In this document: positions 12,325 to 26,268 of the stretch, in pieces | How the letters are laid out: every line of letters starts with the position of its first letter | Position numbering within the stretch: the stretch's first letter is position 1 | DNA from: Octopus vulgaris | Lineage: Eukaryota | Reading direction: 5' to 3' | Assembly (NCBI GenBank): GCA_951406725.2 | Contig: OX597817.1 | Coordinates: 42,532,001-42,596,000, forward strand | DNA length: 64,000 nucleotides | The notes under the pieces: model-generated | Databases searched by the model: none | The model's input: the letters and a program-made list of their open reading frames with translations, nothing else | What the model was told of the DNA's origin: nothing | Program-made: the position numbers and the translations under genes

Positions 12325-13492
12325 AGAGGAAGCAGTCTGTAAATATCGGAAAGAGAAAGACAGGAAATTACTAATTCAGTCACAATCGTTTTGGAAAAGA
12401 ATTTATATATTAATTATGCTTATCATTTCGTTTTTTTTTTTTTTGCTCACTTTTTACTGAAACTAAACTAACTAATTACCAATCTTTAGAAGACCAGCCT
12501 GACATTCTAAAAACCATTATTTTGATGAATAAATTTACCAATCTTCCGTTAAAAATTTCCATTCATAATGTCTAAATATTGGTTTCTTTTTAACTAGGTG
12601 AAAAGGACCTATATTTTGGAGGAATGGGAAATGAAATGCAATAGTCTTTTGTCATGCCAATGGTACTGAACTCAGAAAGATGCATGTTGTTCTACTGTGT
12701 AACTAATTAGTATGTGGCTTATTAGTAACAATCAATAACTAGGATATAAGGTGAATTGTTGAAGAAAAGAAATATTTAACTCCAGGATAGTTTATACTGG
12801 GAACTAAGGAAATCAAATTACTGTTGCAATAAGGAATATTTAAATCTTCATCACTTCCTTGTTTCTGATAACTTAAACAAGACTCAGTCAAAGACTGAAA
12901 TGTTGTTTTTAATTATGAAGACGGTGGGGGGGGACGTGGGGGAGAAGCAGCAACAGCAGTATCTATGGCCTTTTACAGGGTCTCCATGACTAGAGGAAGG
13001 AAAGAAGGGATGAAGTTATCTTCAGATCAAAAGTCATGTCTTGATATTTACAATAGAATGGTCTCTGAAAAAGGCTCTCAAAGACCAGATGGTAGTATTA
13101 AACCAAACAAGTGTTTACCTTTAACACCCAGGTCAGCTTTGACCAAAGATGTTCCAGTCATAATCTTCCTCTCATTTTATTTTCTAGCATAGTATATCTA
13201 GGCTCTTTCATTCTAAAGGTGGTAGGGTGTAATTTGAAAGAGGACTAGTTTCTGTTTTTTGCAGATCAAATGGCAATATGGAGGTACTGTCTCTGACCTG
13301 AATTTTCATGAGGTGGAGTGGAATAATAAATTAATACTGATTTCTAACAGTGGCACAAGATCATAAATTTTAGGTACTTTATTTTACAGACCATGGAATA
13401 CTACTTTAAATGGTACTTTATTTTACAGACCATGGAATGCTGGAAAACAAAGATGCCCTCAGATTGACGTATTAATATTGGTTTCAAATATA

Positions 13493-13698
13493 AGCTGGCA
13501 GAAGCATTAGCACACTGGGTGAAAGGCTTAGCAGTATTTCGTCTATCTTTATGTTCTGAATTCAAATTCTGCCGAGGTCAGCTTTGCCTTTTATCCTTTC
13601 AAAGTTGATAAATTAAGTACCAGTTGTGTACTGGGCTCGATCTAATCGACTGGCCTTCTCCCCCAAAATTTCTGGCCTTGTGCCTAGAGTAGAAAAGA

Positions 13699-13749
<51 letters not shown>

Positions 13750-14190
13750 TAAAGCGGTGAGCTGGTAGAATCATTAGCATGCCAGGCAAAATGCTCAGCG
13801 GTATTTCATCTGTCTTTATGTTCCGAGTTCAAATTCCACCGAGGCCAACTTTGCCTTTCATCCTTTCGGGATCGACAAATTAAGTACCAGTTGCATACTG
13901 AGATCAATCTAATCGACTGCCCCCCCCTTCCCCAAAAAAATTTTGGGCCTTGTACCTAGAGAAGAAAAGAATATTGGTTTCAAATTTTGGTACAAGGCCA
14001 GCAATTTTGAGGTAAGGGGTAACTCAATTACATCGACCCTAGTGTTCAACTGATATTTATTTTACTGACCATTAAAAGGCAATAGGCAAAGTTGACCTCG
14101 GCAGAATTTGAACTCAGAACCTAAATGCAAGCAAAATACTGCTGAGCATTTTGCCCAGCATGCTAACGATCCTGTCAGCTTCCCACCTTC
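13493..14190. mobile_element. Cluster of three SINE family A copies (+, +, -)
   Basis: Heads at about 13493 and 13752, separated by (AAT)n; a reverse copy at 13974-14190. Confidence 0.88.
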
Positions 14191-15469
14191 ATTGCCAAAT
14201 TAATATTCATATTGATAATTCCATGCCTATGAAGCTGAGCAAGTGAATATCTTTGTCTGTGAATATCTTTGTCTGTAATCTAAGTATTACAGATAATACC
14301 ATAGTCTTGCTTGTACTATCTTGAATCTACTATAACGTTATTGTACAATTCTGCAGTATAAAATGTACTCAAAGATATATGTTTTGAAAAAAGCTATAAA
14401 TCTTTGGCAATATTAAATGCAGCATACTCAGTATCTCAGAAGATTAATATATTAACAATATCATTTATAAAAATGAAGTTTCTTATTTCTAAGACTAAAA
14501 TATAGAAAAGATAGTAACAATTCTAAGATTACAATATATGCAACCCTCAAAAAAAAAATCTATGAAATATTGCAGATAGTGTAAAAATATAATGTACCCA
14601 GTAGTAAGAGGTTAACAAAGACACTGAAGGTGGCAGCAGTTTTAAGGATTAATAAACTTTATATTAAAATTACTTCATAAAAGCCAGTAATCTCCTTCAA
14701 ATAGAATATTCAAATTTTCCTCTTGTTCTATCTAAAAAGCTTAAAGCAAGAGAGATTAGAAACTGGGGAGGAGTTCAAACTAGAATTCCATTGGAGAGAT
14801 TAGAACAGAACAAAAGACAAAGTTAAGAATTGTAAAGGTTAAGTGAAAAAAATGATAAACATCTATTGTAAGAGAAAAATGATGATGAAGTAAGTTCAAT
14901 GAAAGACATAAAAAAATAATAACAGTAATAATAATTATAGAAGGAAATTATAAAAGAAATAACTGGCAACAATAACTAGAGTGATGAACAAAAGAAAAAG
15001 AAATATTGAACTGAAAAAGTTATAAGGAATGGTTGTTAAAGAAAAAAATTTGAATAAATTCAAACATAAACACAATGTGAAATTTCAATGTTATTCATTT
15101 GTTAGTTGGACATTTTTTTTATATAATCAGGAAATTAAATTTGAATTAATTAAGGAAATATAGAATAAGTACGTTTTCACCTTTTTGAAAAATCACTAAT
15201 GGAATTGTACAAGTAGAATTAACCTGCTTTATTCTATTAGAATTAGAGACAAGCACACATATATATTTATTTACATATATTTACTCTGATAATACTCATA
15301 AATAGTTCCCCTGCAGTATCATTGAAAAGATATGAATAATATTATAGATTTATATCTTAAATTATGCTTTAAGTATTGAAGAATAATTATAAGCATTAAA
15401 TATTCAGGGGAAATGGTAAGAACTTCTTCACCTTTGCAAAAATCACTAACTGTAACGATAGTTTCTGGT

Positions 15470-16362
15470 TTAGGCATAAAGCCATCAATTTTGTAGGGGG
15501 AGGAGCTTAGCCAATACCTATTTCTTTACTACCCACAAGGGGCTAAACAGAGAGAGGACAAACAAGGATAGACAAACGGATTAAGTTGATTATATCGACC
15601 CCAGTGCGTAACTGGTACTTATTTAATTGACCCCGAAAGGATGAAAAGCAAAGTCAACCTCAGCAGAATTTGAACTCAGAACATAGTGACAGACGAAATA
15701 CCATGAAGCATTTCGCCCAGTGTGCTAACGTTTCTGCCAGCTCGCCGCCTTGAGCTTAACCAATACCATCAACTCCAGCACTTTATTTTATCAAACCCAA
15801 GAGGATGAAAGGCAAGGTTGACTTCAGCAGGATTTGAACTCAAAATGTAAAGAGCCAGAATATAAGGCTCAAAGCATTTTTCCAATGCTGTAATGTTTCT
15901 GTCAGCTCACCACTTCATTGCAATCTGTAATGATATTCTCCATTTTAGCTCCTATATTAAACTTCTGCCATTTCAAATCTTAAATATTTGCTCAATGGAT
16001 TGTATTGGTTTCAAATTTTGACACAAGACCAGCATTTTCTGGGGAGAAGTTAAGTTGATTGCATCAACCTCAGTATTCAACTGATACTTACCTTAATTTT
16101 CCAAAAGGATGAAAAGCAAAATTGACCTCGGAGGAATTTGAAGTTACAATATAAAAACAGATGAGATGCCATAAAGCATTTTCTTTCAAATTTTTGCACA
16201 AGGCCAGCAATTTCAGAGGAGGGAGTAAGTCGTTTATATTCAACCCCAGTTCTCAGCTGTTACTTATTTTGTTGACCCCCAACAGGATGAAAGACAAAAT
16301 CAACCTCAGCAGAATTTGAACTTAAAATATAATGACAGAAAAACACCCTAAGTATTTTGCCT
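15470..16362 (-). mobile_element. Cluster of SINE family A copies, including a younger copy (15519-15750) nested in an older one
   Basis: TSD gagcttagccaatacc / gagcttaaccaatacc around the nested copy. Confidence 0.85.
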
Positions 16363-16375
16363 TTGGTAATATTAA

Positions 16376-16923
16376 CTAGACTACCGAAGACCCATTGGGT
16401 CACTGACAGTTCGGGTTATGAAACACTGAAGCTGATTTAAACATTGCATTTAAATGAAAGTTAATTTTATGATGATTCGGTTAAATATTTCAATTTATTC
16501 GTGTCATCATAGGTCTGGTTTACAAGTTCATGTTTTATTGATTATTTACAGCATCTAATAGAAATAGAACTTCCAAGATAAACCTGAACTCCAGTAACTG
16601 AATTTATTTATGGCATATGTACACACTTCTACAAAAATACAAAAGGAATTGTTATATAATGTAAACAAAAATTGATGGAAACAATTTTCACAGTGTTATA
16701 TATTCCCATTTCAGGGTTATGTTACTTTCAGAGTATTTTCCCATTATGTGTTGTTTTGGCTATTTATGAAGGTACCCAAAAAAACCCGTGTATCTCAGGA
16801 ATTCATGGTCCGATTTACACAAAACTTGTTTTATTCCATTTGTATTCTCATTTCAGGGATACCTTACTTTCAGAGTATTTTCCCATTATGTGCCAGTTTA
16901 GCTGTATTAAATTACAGAAAGAG

Positions 16924-16958
<35 letters not shown>

Positions 16959-17003
16959 AGTACACATGCAAGCAAACAGTCAAAAGTTTTAGTAGAATAT
17001 AGA
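16376..17003 (-). mobile_element. Non-autonomous Helitron-like element (second family)
   Basis: Minus strand starts A|TCTATATTCTACTAAAA and ends gacccaatgggtc hairpin ... CTAG|T; internal direct repeat ttactttcagagtattttcccattatgtg. Confidence 0.7.
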
Positions 17004-17363
17004 TAATTAAACACCATAAGCAGAAAGCCACCAATTTAGTGGGAGAGAACAAGTGATTAAATTAATTCCTTTAGTTAACTTTACTTATTTGTAATTCCAG
17101 AATAATTAATGACAAGACTGGTAATGGCAGGATTTGAACCCAGAAGTTAAAAGAACATAACTAAATACCACAAGTATTGTTTTAAGTACTCAACTGATTC
17201 TGCCAGCTCTCTCTCTCCCTCTCTCTCTCTCTCTTTCTCTCCCTCTCTCTCTGTCTCTCTTTCTTTCCATTTCTCTCTCTCCCTTTCTCTCTCCATCTCT
17301 CTCTCTCTCTATTTCTCTCCCTCTCCCTCTCTCTTTTCCTCTCTCTCTGTATCTATCCCTCTA

Positions 17364-17395
<32 letters not shown>

Positions 17396-17926
17396 CTTCC
17401 CTCTCTTCATGTACCATGCTCCATGCCTGTTTTACACGTATCACTAATCATGGACCTCTATGCCAAAGCCTGAGGATTCATGACTTTTCCTTGGCAAAAA
17501 TACAGTAGTGGTTCCCCATTGCCTTCTGTCAGGAGTACTCTGCCAGTCTCTTGCTCTTCTGGCTTACCCTTGAGGAACAGGACCTATTTAACCCTTAAGC
17601 AAAGGGGCTGCTTCACATGACATCAAAACATATTCACACCCTAGATATCCCTCTCAACACATGGCTATGATGCTCCCCCACTATTTCTGCTCCTCATCAG
17701 AGATGCACATATTGTCAGACACTAAGGGACATGGTCAACTGGTTAAGGTCAAACAACTGACAAGAAAATATGTGGTATTGAACAGAATACTTGCTGTAGC
17801 CCATCTTTTATACCAAGACAAAACAATGTACATGGTAACACTTCCAATCAGTTAAGATCAGACACCAAGCAGGCCACTGCTCGGTACTGCATCAGGACAT
17901 TTATTATTATCATTATTATCATTGTT

Positions 17927-18005
<79 letters not shown>

Positions 18006-18032
18006 TTGTTGTTATTGTTGTTGTTGTTATTT

Positions 18033-18330
18033 ATTGTCTTTGCATAGCTTCTAATGCTGGAGATGTAGTATGGTGCCAGCTGTTCACTACCAGTGAACTA
18101 AGGTAACATCCCTTATTTTTTGAGCACCATCCAGAATATTCAAGCAGTTCCAAGCAGTGCTGTTTTCTGCAAATTCTCCACACTTATTGCAGCCCCTATT
18201 TGTTCCATGTATTTCTCAAGATTTTTAGTCACTGTTCCCAGAGCTCCGACAATTATTTGTACTACTACTACCTTTTTCATCAACCACAACTGCTTAACCT
18301 CCCAAGCTAACCTGTCATATCTCTCGACTT
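18033..18330 (-). mobile_element. R4/Dong-clade non-LTR retrotransposon 3' end (restriction-like endonuclease region)
   Basis: Minus-strand translation ERYDRLAWEVKQLWLMKKVVVVQIIVGALGTV...LQKTALLGTA; embedded in ATT/GTT triplet repeats, consistent with Dong-type TAA targeting. Confidence 0.82.
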
Positions 18331-18547
18331 GTTATTATCATCATTATCATTATTATTATTATTACTATTATTATTATTGTTATTATTATTATCATTATTA
18401 TCATTATTATCATCATCATTATTATATGCTTTTAACTCAGATTTTGTTTGAACTCCTGGAATCTTGCATGAGTAATGAGTTTGCTACCTGCAGCCTGCAT
18501 TACAATGTACCATGCTATTTGTTCTTTTCAAACTTTTGTAACAGCTT

Positions 18548-18604
<57 letters not shown>

Positions 18605-18636
18605 CACTACTACTACTACTACTACTACTATGATTA

Positions 18637-18673
<37 letters not shown>

Positions 18674-19014
18674 TTATCATTATTACTATTAACTCTCTCA
18701 TGACACTAAAAGACTATGTCTTTGAATTTGCAGTTTTCACTGTCCACAATTCTAAAAAAAAAAGCTATTCCCTACATGCCTTCACCTTCTTTTAGCTGCA
18801 TTTTGGAATAGAAAGTGACAAGGACATTGTAAATGAGAGGTGCCAATATCTCAACAACAACCAGCTTGACATGTATGATAGATATAGCAACTGTCAGTAC
18901 ATACTACTATGACAAAGTTGAAAGTAAGTAGATGAATGACACTAGTATCAGGTGATTTAGTGAAGAAGAAGGAAAAATACAGTGTACACACATATGCAGA
19001 CTTCTCATATATGC

Positions 19015-19090
19015 CATGCATACACACACACACACATGCCTCTTATGTAAGCAGACATGCACGCACACACACACAAATATTTTCATGCAC

Positions 19091-19188
<98 letters not shown>

Positions 19189-19229
19189 GCACTCACTCAT
19201 GTGTATGTATACATATGTGTATATATGTG

Positions 19230-19280
<51 letters not shown>

Positions 19281-19420
19281 TGAATATATATATACACACA
19301 TGTATATAAATATGCATATATATATATGTATGTAGAAATACATATTCCTTTATTCTTTAATTCTTTTATATGTTTTAGCCCAGAGACATATACACACAGA
19401 TATATACATGCACATATAAA

Positions 19421-19495
<75 letters not shown>

Positions 19496-19860
19496 AGAGA
19501 AGGGAGCAGGGAAAAGGAGAGCAAGAGAAAGAGAGGGATAGATACATATTTAAATATGCATATGTATCTGCATATATGCATATATATGTGTGTTAACACT
19601 CATATACATACACACATAAATACATATATATATACACAAACATATATGCATGTGTGTATATATATATATATATAAATATGTATTTATACATACACACATA
19701 TACATGTATGTAGGTATGTATGTGGGGGGTTAGCTGTCAGACATCACATTGCAACAATCTACTTTCAGTTCAGTGTGTGTGTGCATGCATGCATGTGTGT
19801 GTGCATGTGGTGTGTGTGTGCACATGGCGTGTGTGTGTGTTTGTGCGTATGTGTAATTGT
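19015..19860. repeat. Compound (TA)n/(CA)n/(GA)n microsatellite field
   Basis: Direct reading. Confidence 0.9.
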
Positions 19861-20199
19861 GTCAATCAGCTTGTCAGGTGATATTTCAGCTTCTGGTATA
19901 CCACTGTGCATGTTGTATATATGTGTACATATGCTGCTGTGTAGTTGCACATATGTGTTGCACAGGTATGAATGGATGTGTGAATATATTAGCAAGCATA
20001 CATAGGCTTGTGTGTGTGTGTATTAATATATATACCTGCATACAATAGGTACAAATATCTATATATATATATATGTGTGTATGCATACATTGGTTTGCAT
20101 ATGACAGCGGATTACTACATATGCATGTGCAATAGTGGGTATATTAATGTGTATATGTGCAATACTACAGCTCTTTACTGTATGTACATATAATAATGG

Positions 20200-20600
20200 C
20201 AGTGGTTCTCAACTGGGGTGCATATGGCCCCTGGGTGTGCGTATCGCCTTTAGGGATGCATATGGCTTTTGTGGGTCCATATAAGATTTTATTATTAAAA
20301 TTTATCTGCAATATATTGGTTATAGTTCAACAATACATGTTTTAACAACTTTTTAATATAATTCTTAATAATATTTAATGATAAATAAGGAGTCGAGCTG
20401 GCCAGCAGTATTTCGTCTCTCGTTACGTTCTCAGTTCAAATTCTGTTGAGGTCGACTTTAACTCTGGTACTTAATTTATCGACCCATTCAGTCATGTACT
20501 GGTGTCGATCTAGTTGACTGCCCCCCACACTCCCCAAAAATTTCAAACCTTGTACCTAGAGTAGAAAAGAATATTTAATTATAAAAATGTAATAGGACTT
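20200..20600. mobile_element. Partial hAT-like MITE with a SINE A insertion (20388-20570)
   Basis: Starts cagtggttctcaac; body homologous to 57087-58179. Confidence 0.65.
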
Positions 20601-20872
20601 CTTCATATATATATACCTTGGGCAAGTGCCTTCTACTATAACCTTGGGATAACCAAAGCCTTGTGAGTGGATTTGGTAGACAGAAACTGAAAGAAGCTGT
20701 GTAGGTATGAACATGCGCGCTTACACGAATACTATGAACTTTTTTAGCCCCTTACTTTTACTCCCTCCCCTCACTTAGCCGTCATTCTAATAGCTCTTTT
20801 GTCTTAATGACTGTCACTCATACAGTAATTTCCCTTTGTATAACGGTCATTTTTCATAGCATTTTTTCTGAT

Positions 20873-20944
20873 GGCCGGAAAACTAAAGAGATGGTGGTGT
20901 GGATTTCCACCTCAGCATCCGAAACTCGGAGTTTTATCATGGCT
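20873..20944 (+). ncRNA. Degenerate hammerhead motif (G5 to A)
   Basis: ggaaaa-CTaAAGA-gatg..ggtg/cacc..catc-c-GAAA-ctcggag-TT-ttatc. Confidence 0.5.
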
Positions 20945-21064
20945 ACCAAATAACTGTCACATATTACATTTACGGATATATATATATATATATACATACC
21001 GGAGTAAACACATAAATGTGAAACAAGGTGGAAAAAAGAGTACTCAAATACCAGTGGTAGAGTA

Positions 21065-21181
21065 ATATGCTTTATTTAAAAGCAGCAGAAAATTCAACAA
21101 AACCTGTTACTCTGGGTTTCACGGTGAAACTCAGAGTAACAGGTTTTGTTGAATTTTCTGCTGCTTTTAAATAAAGTATAT
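21065..21181. repeat. Near-perfect palindrome, 58 bp arms, 1 nt centre
   Basis: Centre at 21123 (tttcac-g-gtgaaa); two mismatches, both G-T on the + strand. Confidence 0.95.
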
Positions 21182-21440
21182 ATATACACACACACACATA
21201 TATATATTACATGTGTATGTGTCTGTGTGTATGTGAACGTGTATGTGTTACTGCATATACATGTACATACAAATGTCTATAGATACACACACATTCAAAC
21301 ATATGCGGGCATGTGTTTGTGTATATACATATATATGTCTAAGTCTGTACACGTATGTATACATGCTAAATAACATTGCACTTATTTTGTCGTGTATGAA
21401 ACACATTTGCTTATCAATAACGCTGCATCAGGTTTTATCA

Positions 21441-21478
<38 letters not shown>

Positions 21479-21768
21479 CACCTTAAACCAACAATTGATC
21501 CAATCCTTTATAAACGAAGTTGCATAGATAGGAACAGAATGGTATTCGTATGTCAGGGGAGGGTGTTCTGGTGACAGCAGCACCCAGCCTTGTCATAAGG
21601 TGTCAAGAAGATTATGAGAAGATTATATTAACATGTTACTAGTGTCTGTAATTCACTGAATAATCAATTACTAATCAAGGAGTAATTCAATAAATAGAGA
21701 GGGAGATGCATTGATTGAAAAACTGGAAGACTTGTTCATCAAAATCAATGGGAGAGTCCATCTCATAT

Positions 21769-21838
<70 letters not shown>

Positions 21839-22007
21839 CTGGTGTGTGTATTTATATGTATATATGTATGTATGTGTGTGTGGGTATGTATTATGTATGT
21901 ATGTATGTATATTAATTGAAGTGTACAGTATTATATCCATTACAGCAGTTTCATGCTAGGGATTCCATGGATTGAACCAATTGATAAGATCAGCCATAAT
22001 GGTTGTA

Positions 22008-23208
22008 GTGGGTCATCCCATAAATAATGCAGTTTTTTCAATTGCATGAACTAAAAGTCAGAGTGGGGACAGGTTTCACTACCTGCATCATCTTGCTATA
22101 AAAACAGGTAGTAATTTTACCTTGTACTTATTCTTAGTGCAAGTTTTGAAGAGTGCCGCTCGATTTTAACCATTATTTTTTCAAAGCTATAATGGAAATG
22201 ATGACAAAGGAGCATACTCGGCATATTTTGCTTTATGAGTTCAATAAAGGTAACAATGCAACAGAAAATGTGAGGAATATCAATGCAGTATATGGGGATC
22301 GGACAATAAGCATAAGCCAGGGTCAATAGTGTGGAAGCACATGGCCTAGTGGTTAGAGCAGCAGACTCGCAGATCGTGAGTTCGAATCTCAGAACGGGCA
22401 ATGTGTGTATTTATGAGCGAAACACCTAAGCTCCACATGGCTCCGGCAGAAGGTAATGGCAAACTTCTGCTGAGTCTTTCACCACAACTTTCACTATTTC
22501 CTCCTGCATCTTGCAGCTCACCTGCGATGGACTGGCGTCCTATCGAGGTGGGGAACCTATACACCAAGGAAACCAGGAAACCAGCTCTTATGAGCCAGTG
22601 ATGGCTCGAGAAGGAACAAACAGGAGTGTCAATGGTTGTTCTAGAAGTTCTAAGCTGGAAACTACAGCCTAGAAGGTGAGCCTCATCCTGGAAGATCTGT
22701 AGGGTTTGACAAAGACATCCTGCAAACCCTAGTGGAACAAAATCCCATCGTAACTGTTGAGGAACAAGCAGAGAAGCTTGGATTTGGTCATTTAACCCTT
22801 CATCAACATGTGCACTAGAAGGAAAACGACTATCTTTGGTTTCAAGACGAAAGGTATTCTTCTATCCAGATAATGCTCGGCCACATACAGCAAGGATGAC
22901 ATTCCAAAGGCTGGAGTAGTTTGAATGGGATATCATATTTGCCAGACATTGCCCCATCTGATTATCATTTATTCCACAGTCCTCAAAATCATTTGGATGG
23001 GAAAAATATGAATTCTGTAGATGAGGTCAGAACAGTACTGGAGGAGTATTTTTCATCACGGACAAGTGAATTTTGCAAGAGGGGCCTTGGAAGAGCATTG
23101 TAGAAAAGGAAGGAGAGTATATTTTAGATTAAAGAAGAACTTTGTTTATCTTAATTTTGAAAAATAAAAGAAGTATAAAAAAACCGTATTATTTATGGGA
23201 TGACCCAA
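22008..23208 (+). mobile_element. Internally deleted mariner transposon with a SINE C insertion (about 22333-22620)
   Basis: TA-flanked TIRs gggtcatcccataaataat; MTKEHTRHILLYEFNKGNNATE HTH start at 22192; YLPDIAPSDYHLF motif. Confidence 0.92.
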
Positions 23209-23531
23209 TATACTACTGTCCACTTTGATTAATACACTCATTCTTTTGACATATATGCAAGTGCATTTTTTCCAGATTAATGGACTCTCAGATGACTTAC
23301 ACAAACATACACACACACACATACACACACACACACGCGCGCGCGCGCACACACACAAACACGCATGCGCGCATGCACATACACACACAGATATACACAC
23401 ACACATACACACACATACACACACATACACACACATACACACACACGCACACATACACACACATATACACACATGCATACACACATACACATACACACAC
23501 ATATACACACATACGCACACACACACACACA

Positions 23532-24352
23532 CAGGTGGTAAAGCATGATGATCGAAAGTTGGGCCTTACACAAGTGATGACAAATGACCAACACCTTTGG
23601 CAATATGCTGTGCTTGAGAATGTCCAGCAAGCTAAATGAAATCATAGTCATGGCCATTGTTGATATCATGTAAATGGCATGCATGGAATCATAGTCGTAC
23701 TCATTGCCGGTGTCATGTGAAAGGCACCTGTGCTGGTGACATGTAAAAGGCACCCACTACACTCTTGGAGTGGTGGGCATTAGGAAGAGCATCCAACCAT
23801 AGAAACCAAGCCAAAATCAGACTGGAACCTGGCACAGCTCTCCAGCTTACCAGGTCCAGTCAAACTGTCTAACCAGCATGGAAAGCAGATGTTAAATGGT
23901 GATGAGGATGATGCATCCAAGTGGGATTGTTGCCAGGGCCACAGATTTGCCCCCCATGCTGGTGACACGTGAAAAACACCATTCAAGCATGATCATTGCC
24001 GGAGTCGCCCTATGGCACATGTGCCAGTGGAACATGAAAAACAACATTCGAGTGGGGTTGTTGCCAGTGCCACTGGATTGGCTCCTGTGCAGGTAGCACG
24101 TAAAAAACACCTTTTGAGTGTGAGCATGGTCGTTGCCAGAACTGCTTGACTAGACCTCGTGCCGGTGTCACGTAAAAGCACCCACTACACTCTCGGAGTG
24201 GTTGGCATTAGGAAGGGCATCCAGCTGTATAATCTTTGCCAGATCAGATTGAAGCCTGGTGTGGCCTCTGGCTCATCATTCCTCAGTCAAACTGTCCAAC
24301 CCATGCCAGCATGGAAAGCGGACGTTAATCGATGATGATGATGATGATGATG
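23532..24352 (+). mobile_element. Two tandem RTE LINE 3' ends with pseudoknot-like repeats and (GAT)n tails
   Basis: VVKHD.RKLGLT..MT.D..LW.YAVLE remnant; ggtgacacgtaaaagcacc modules; homologous to 26293-27300. Confidence 0.85.
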
Positions 24353-24663
24353 AGATATACATATATGCTACTTACATACATATACCAAGTGTATACATAT
24401 ATACTTGTGTGTGTGTGTGTGTGCATATACATGATGATTGTCAACTCCTTATGCAGAGTCTGACTACCTCTTGTACTTATGCCTTAGATCTATCATGGTG
24501 TCCAATGTGACTTTTTAAACCAGACAATGTATTGAAAAGACACCTACATAGATTGCATATCTGCTTTGGACCACCAAGCATTGCAGTTAAGTTCTGATCT
24601 TTGTGGATCTTAAAATGTCAATTTAGATTTGCCGACTTTATGGCATACATGGTATATGTGCAT

Positions 24664-24711
<48 letters not shown>

Positions 24712-24712
24712 G

Positions 24713-24792
<80 letters not shown>

Positions 24793-24924
24793 GGAGAGTA
24801 TTGTAGTTTGCTTGAAGCATTGTGCATTGTTTGTAAAGAACAAAATATTTTGAATGCCACAACAATGCACTATAATACAAACAACAGACTATAATAACTG
24901 TTGTAATTTAATCATCCACAGTCT

Positions 24925-24964
24925 GATATGATATTTCGGAATAAAAATTCCTTCTTCAGATATC
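24925..24964 (-). ncRNA. Type I minimal hammerhead ribozyme, intact
   Basis: Minus strand: GATAT-CTGAAGA-A-GGAAT(tttt)ATTCC-GAAA-TA-TC-ATATC; perfect 5 bp stems I and II. Confidence 0.85.
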
Positions 24965-25206
24965 CCTAGGAATTGATGGAGTCGCTGCTATAATCAGTTT
25001 TCCAACAGCTTTTCTTTTTTTTTAGAAGCATCTCACGAAGCTCCTTCCAGAATTCCTCATGAGATGTACATGAGGTCAGCCATGTCTCAATCTCGTGTGT
25101 GCTGGCACATCTGTAGTGCTGCTTCTAAGTTATGTGTTATACATGCAGCTTCCTTCTTTTTCCCTTTCTCCTTTTCTTCTCCTTTTTTTGTTATATATAT
25201 ATATAT

Positions 25207-25642
25207 AGGTGCAGGAGTGGCTGTGTGGTAAGTAGCTTGCTTTCCAACCACATGGTTCTGGGTTCAGTCCCACTATGTGGCATCTTGGGCAAGTGTCTTC
25301 TTCTATAACCTCAAGCAGACCAAAGCCTTGTGAGCGGATTTGGTAGATAGAAACTCAAAGAAGCCCATCATATATATGTATATATATATACGTATATATA
25401 TACATGTATGTGTGCATGTTTGTGTGTCTGTGTTTGTCCCCCCAACATCGCTTGACAACCAATGCTGGTATGTTTACGTCCCTGTAATTTAGCTGTTCGG
25501 CAAAAGAGACCGACAGAATAAGTATTGGGCTTACAAAGAATAAGTCCCAGGGTCTATTTGCTCGACTAAAGGCGGTGCTCCAGCATGGCCCCAATCAAAT
25601 GACTGAAATGAGTGAAAGAGTAAAAGAGAGAGAGTAAAGAGT
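25207..25642 (+). mobile_element. SINE family B, full length
   Basis: Same head, core and tail as 3863-4245; inserted after (TA)n. Confidence 0.92.
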
Positions 25643-25734
25643 ATACGAGAATGAGAAAAAGCAGGAAATGGAGAAATGGACGTGAAGACATCAGTTTATT
25701 TAAAGATATTCAAATCCATATAATGAAATTCCAA

Positions 25735-25850
25735 TCCTTTAGCCGTTTCCATATCCAATTAGTACAATTACAGAAATTAAATTAAACTAAATTAATTTAA
25801 TTTAAATTTTCATGTTGAAACTGGTTAATTGGTTATTTCATCAGGGAAGA
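25735..25850 (-). ncRNA. Hammerhead motif with long AT-rich stem II, degenerate stems I and III
   Basis: Minus strand: ttcc-CTGATGA-aataaccaatta...taattggatatg-GAAA-cggcta-aagga. Confidence 0.55.
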
Positions 25851-25924
25851 ATTTTCCAAAAGAGTTACATTTCAACATGATAGTTGACCTATGACAGACT
25901 CAGATTATAGGTCCTTGGTACAAT

Positions 25925-26268
25925 TATATCATGGCACTCTGTTGGTCATGAAGACGAAGGATCCAGTTGATCTGATCAATGGAACAGCCTGCCCATGAAA
26001 TTAACATGTAAGTGGTTGAGCACTCCATAGACACATGTATCCTTAACGTAGTTCTAGGGGAGATTCAGCATGGCACAGTGTGTGACAAGTCTGGCCCTTT
26101 GAAATACAGGTACAACAGAAACACGAAGAAAGAGTGAAAGGAAATTGTGGTGAAAAAGTACAGCAGGGTTTGCCACACCTCACCTTGCACTCACAACAGC
26201 AAGTCTGGGGATCGAAACCACAATCCCACAACTGCGAGTCCACTGTCCTAACCACTGGACACCTCCAC
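25925..26268 (-). mobile_element. tRNA-derived SINE family C variant
   Basis: Minus-strand head tggaggtgtccagtggttaggacagtggactcgc...ggtttcgatccc; 3' part shared with 5560-5770. Confidence 0.75.
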
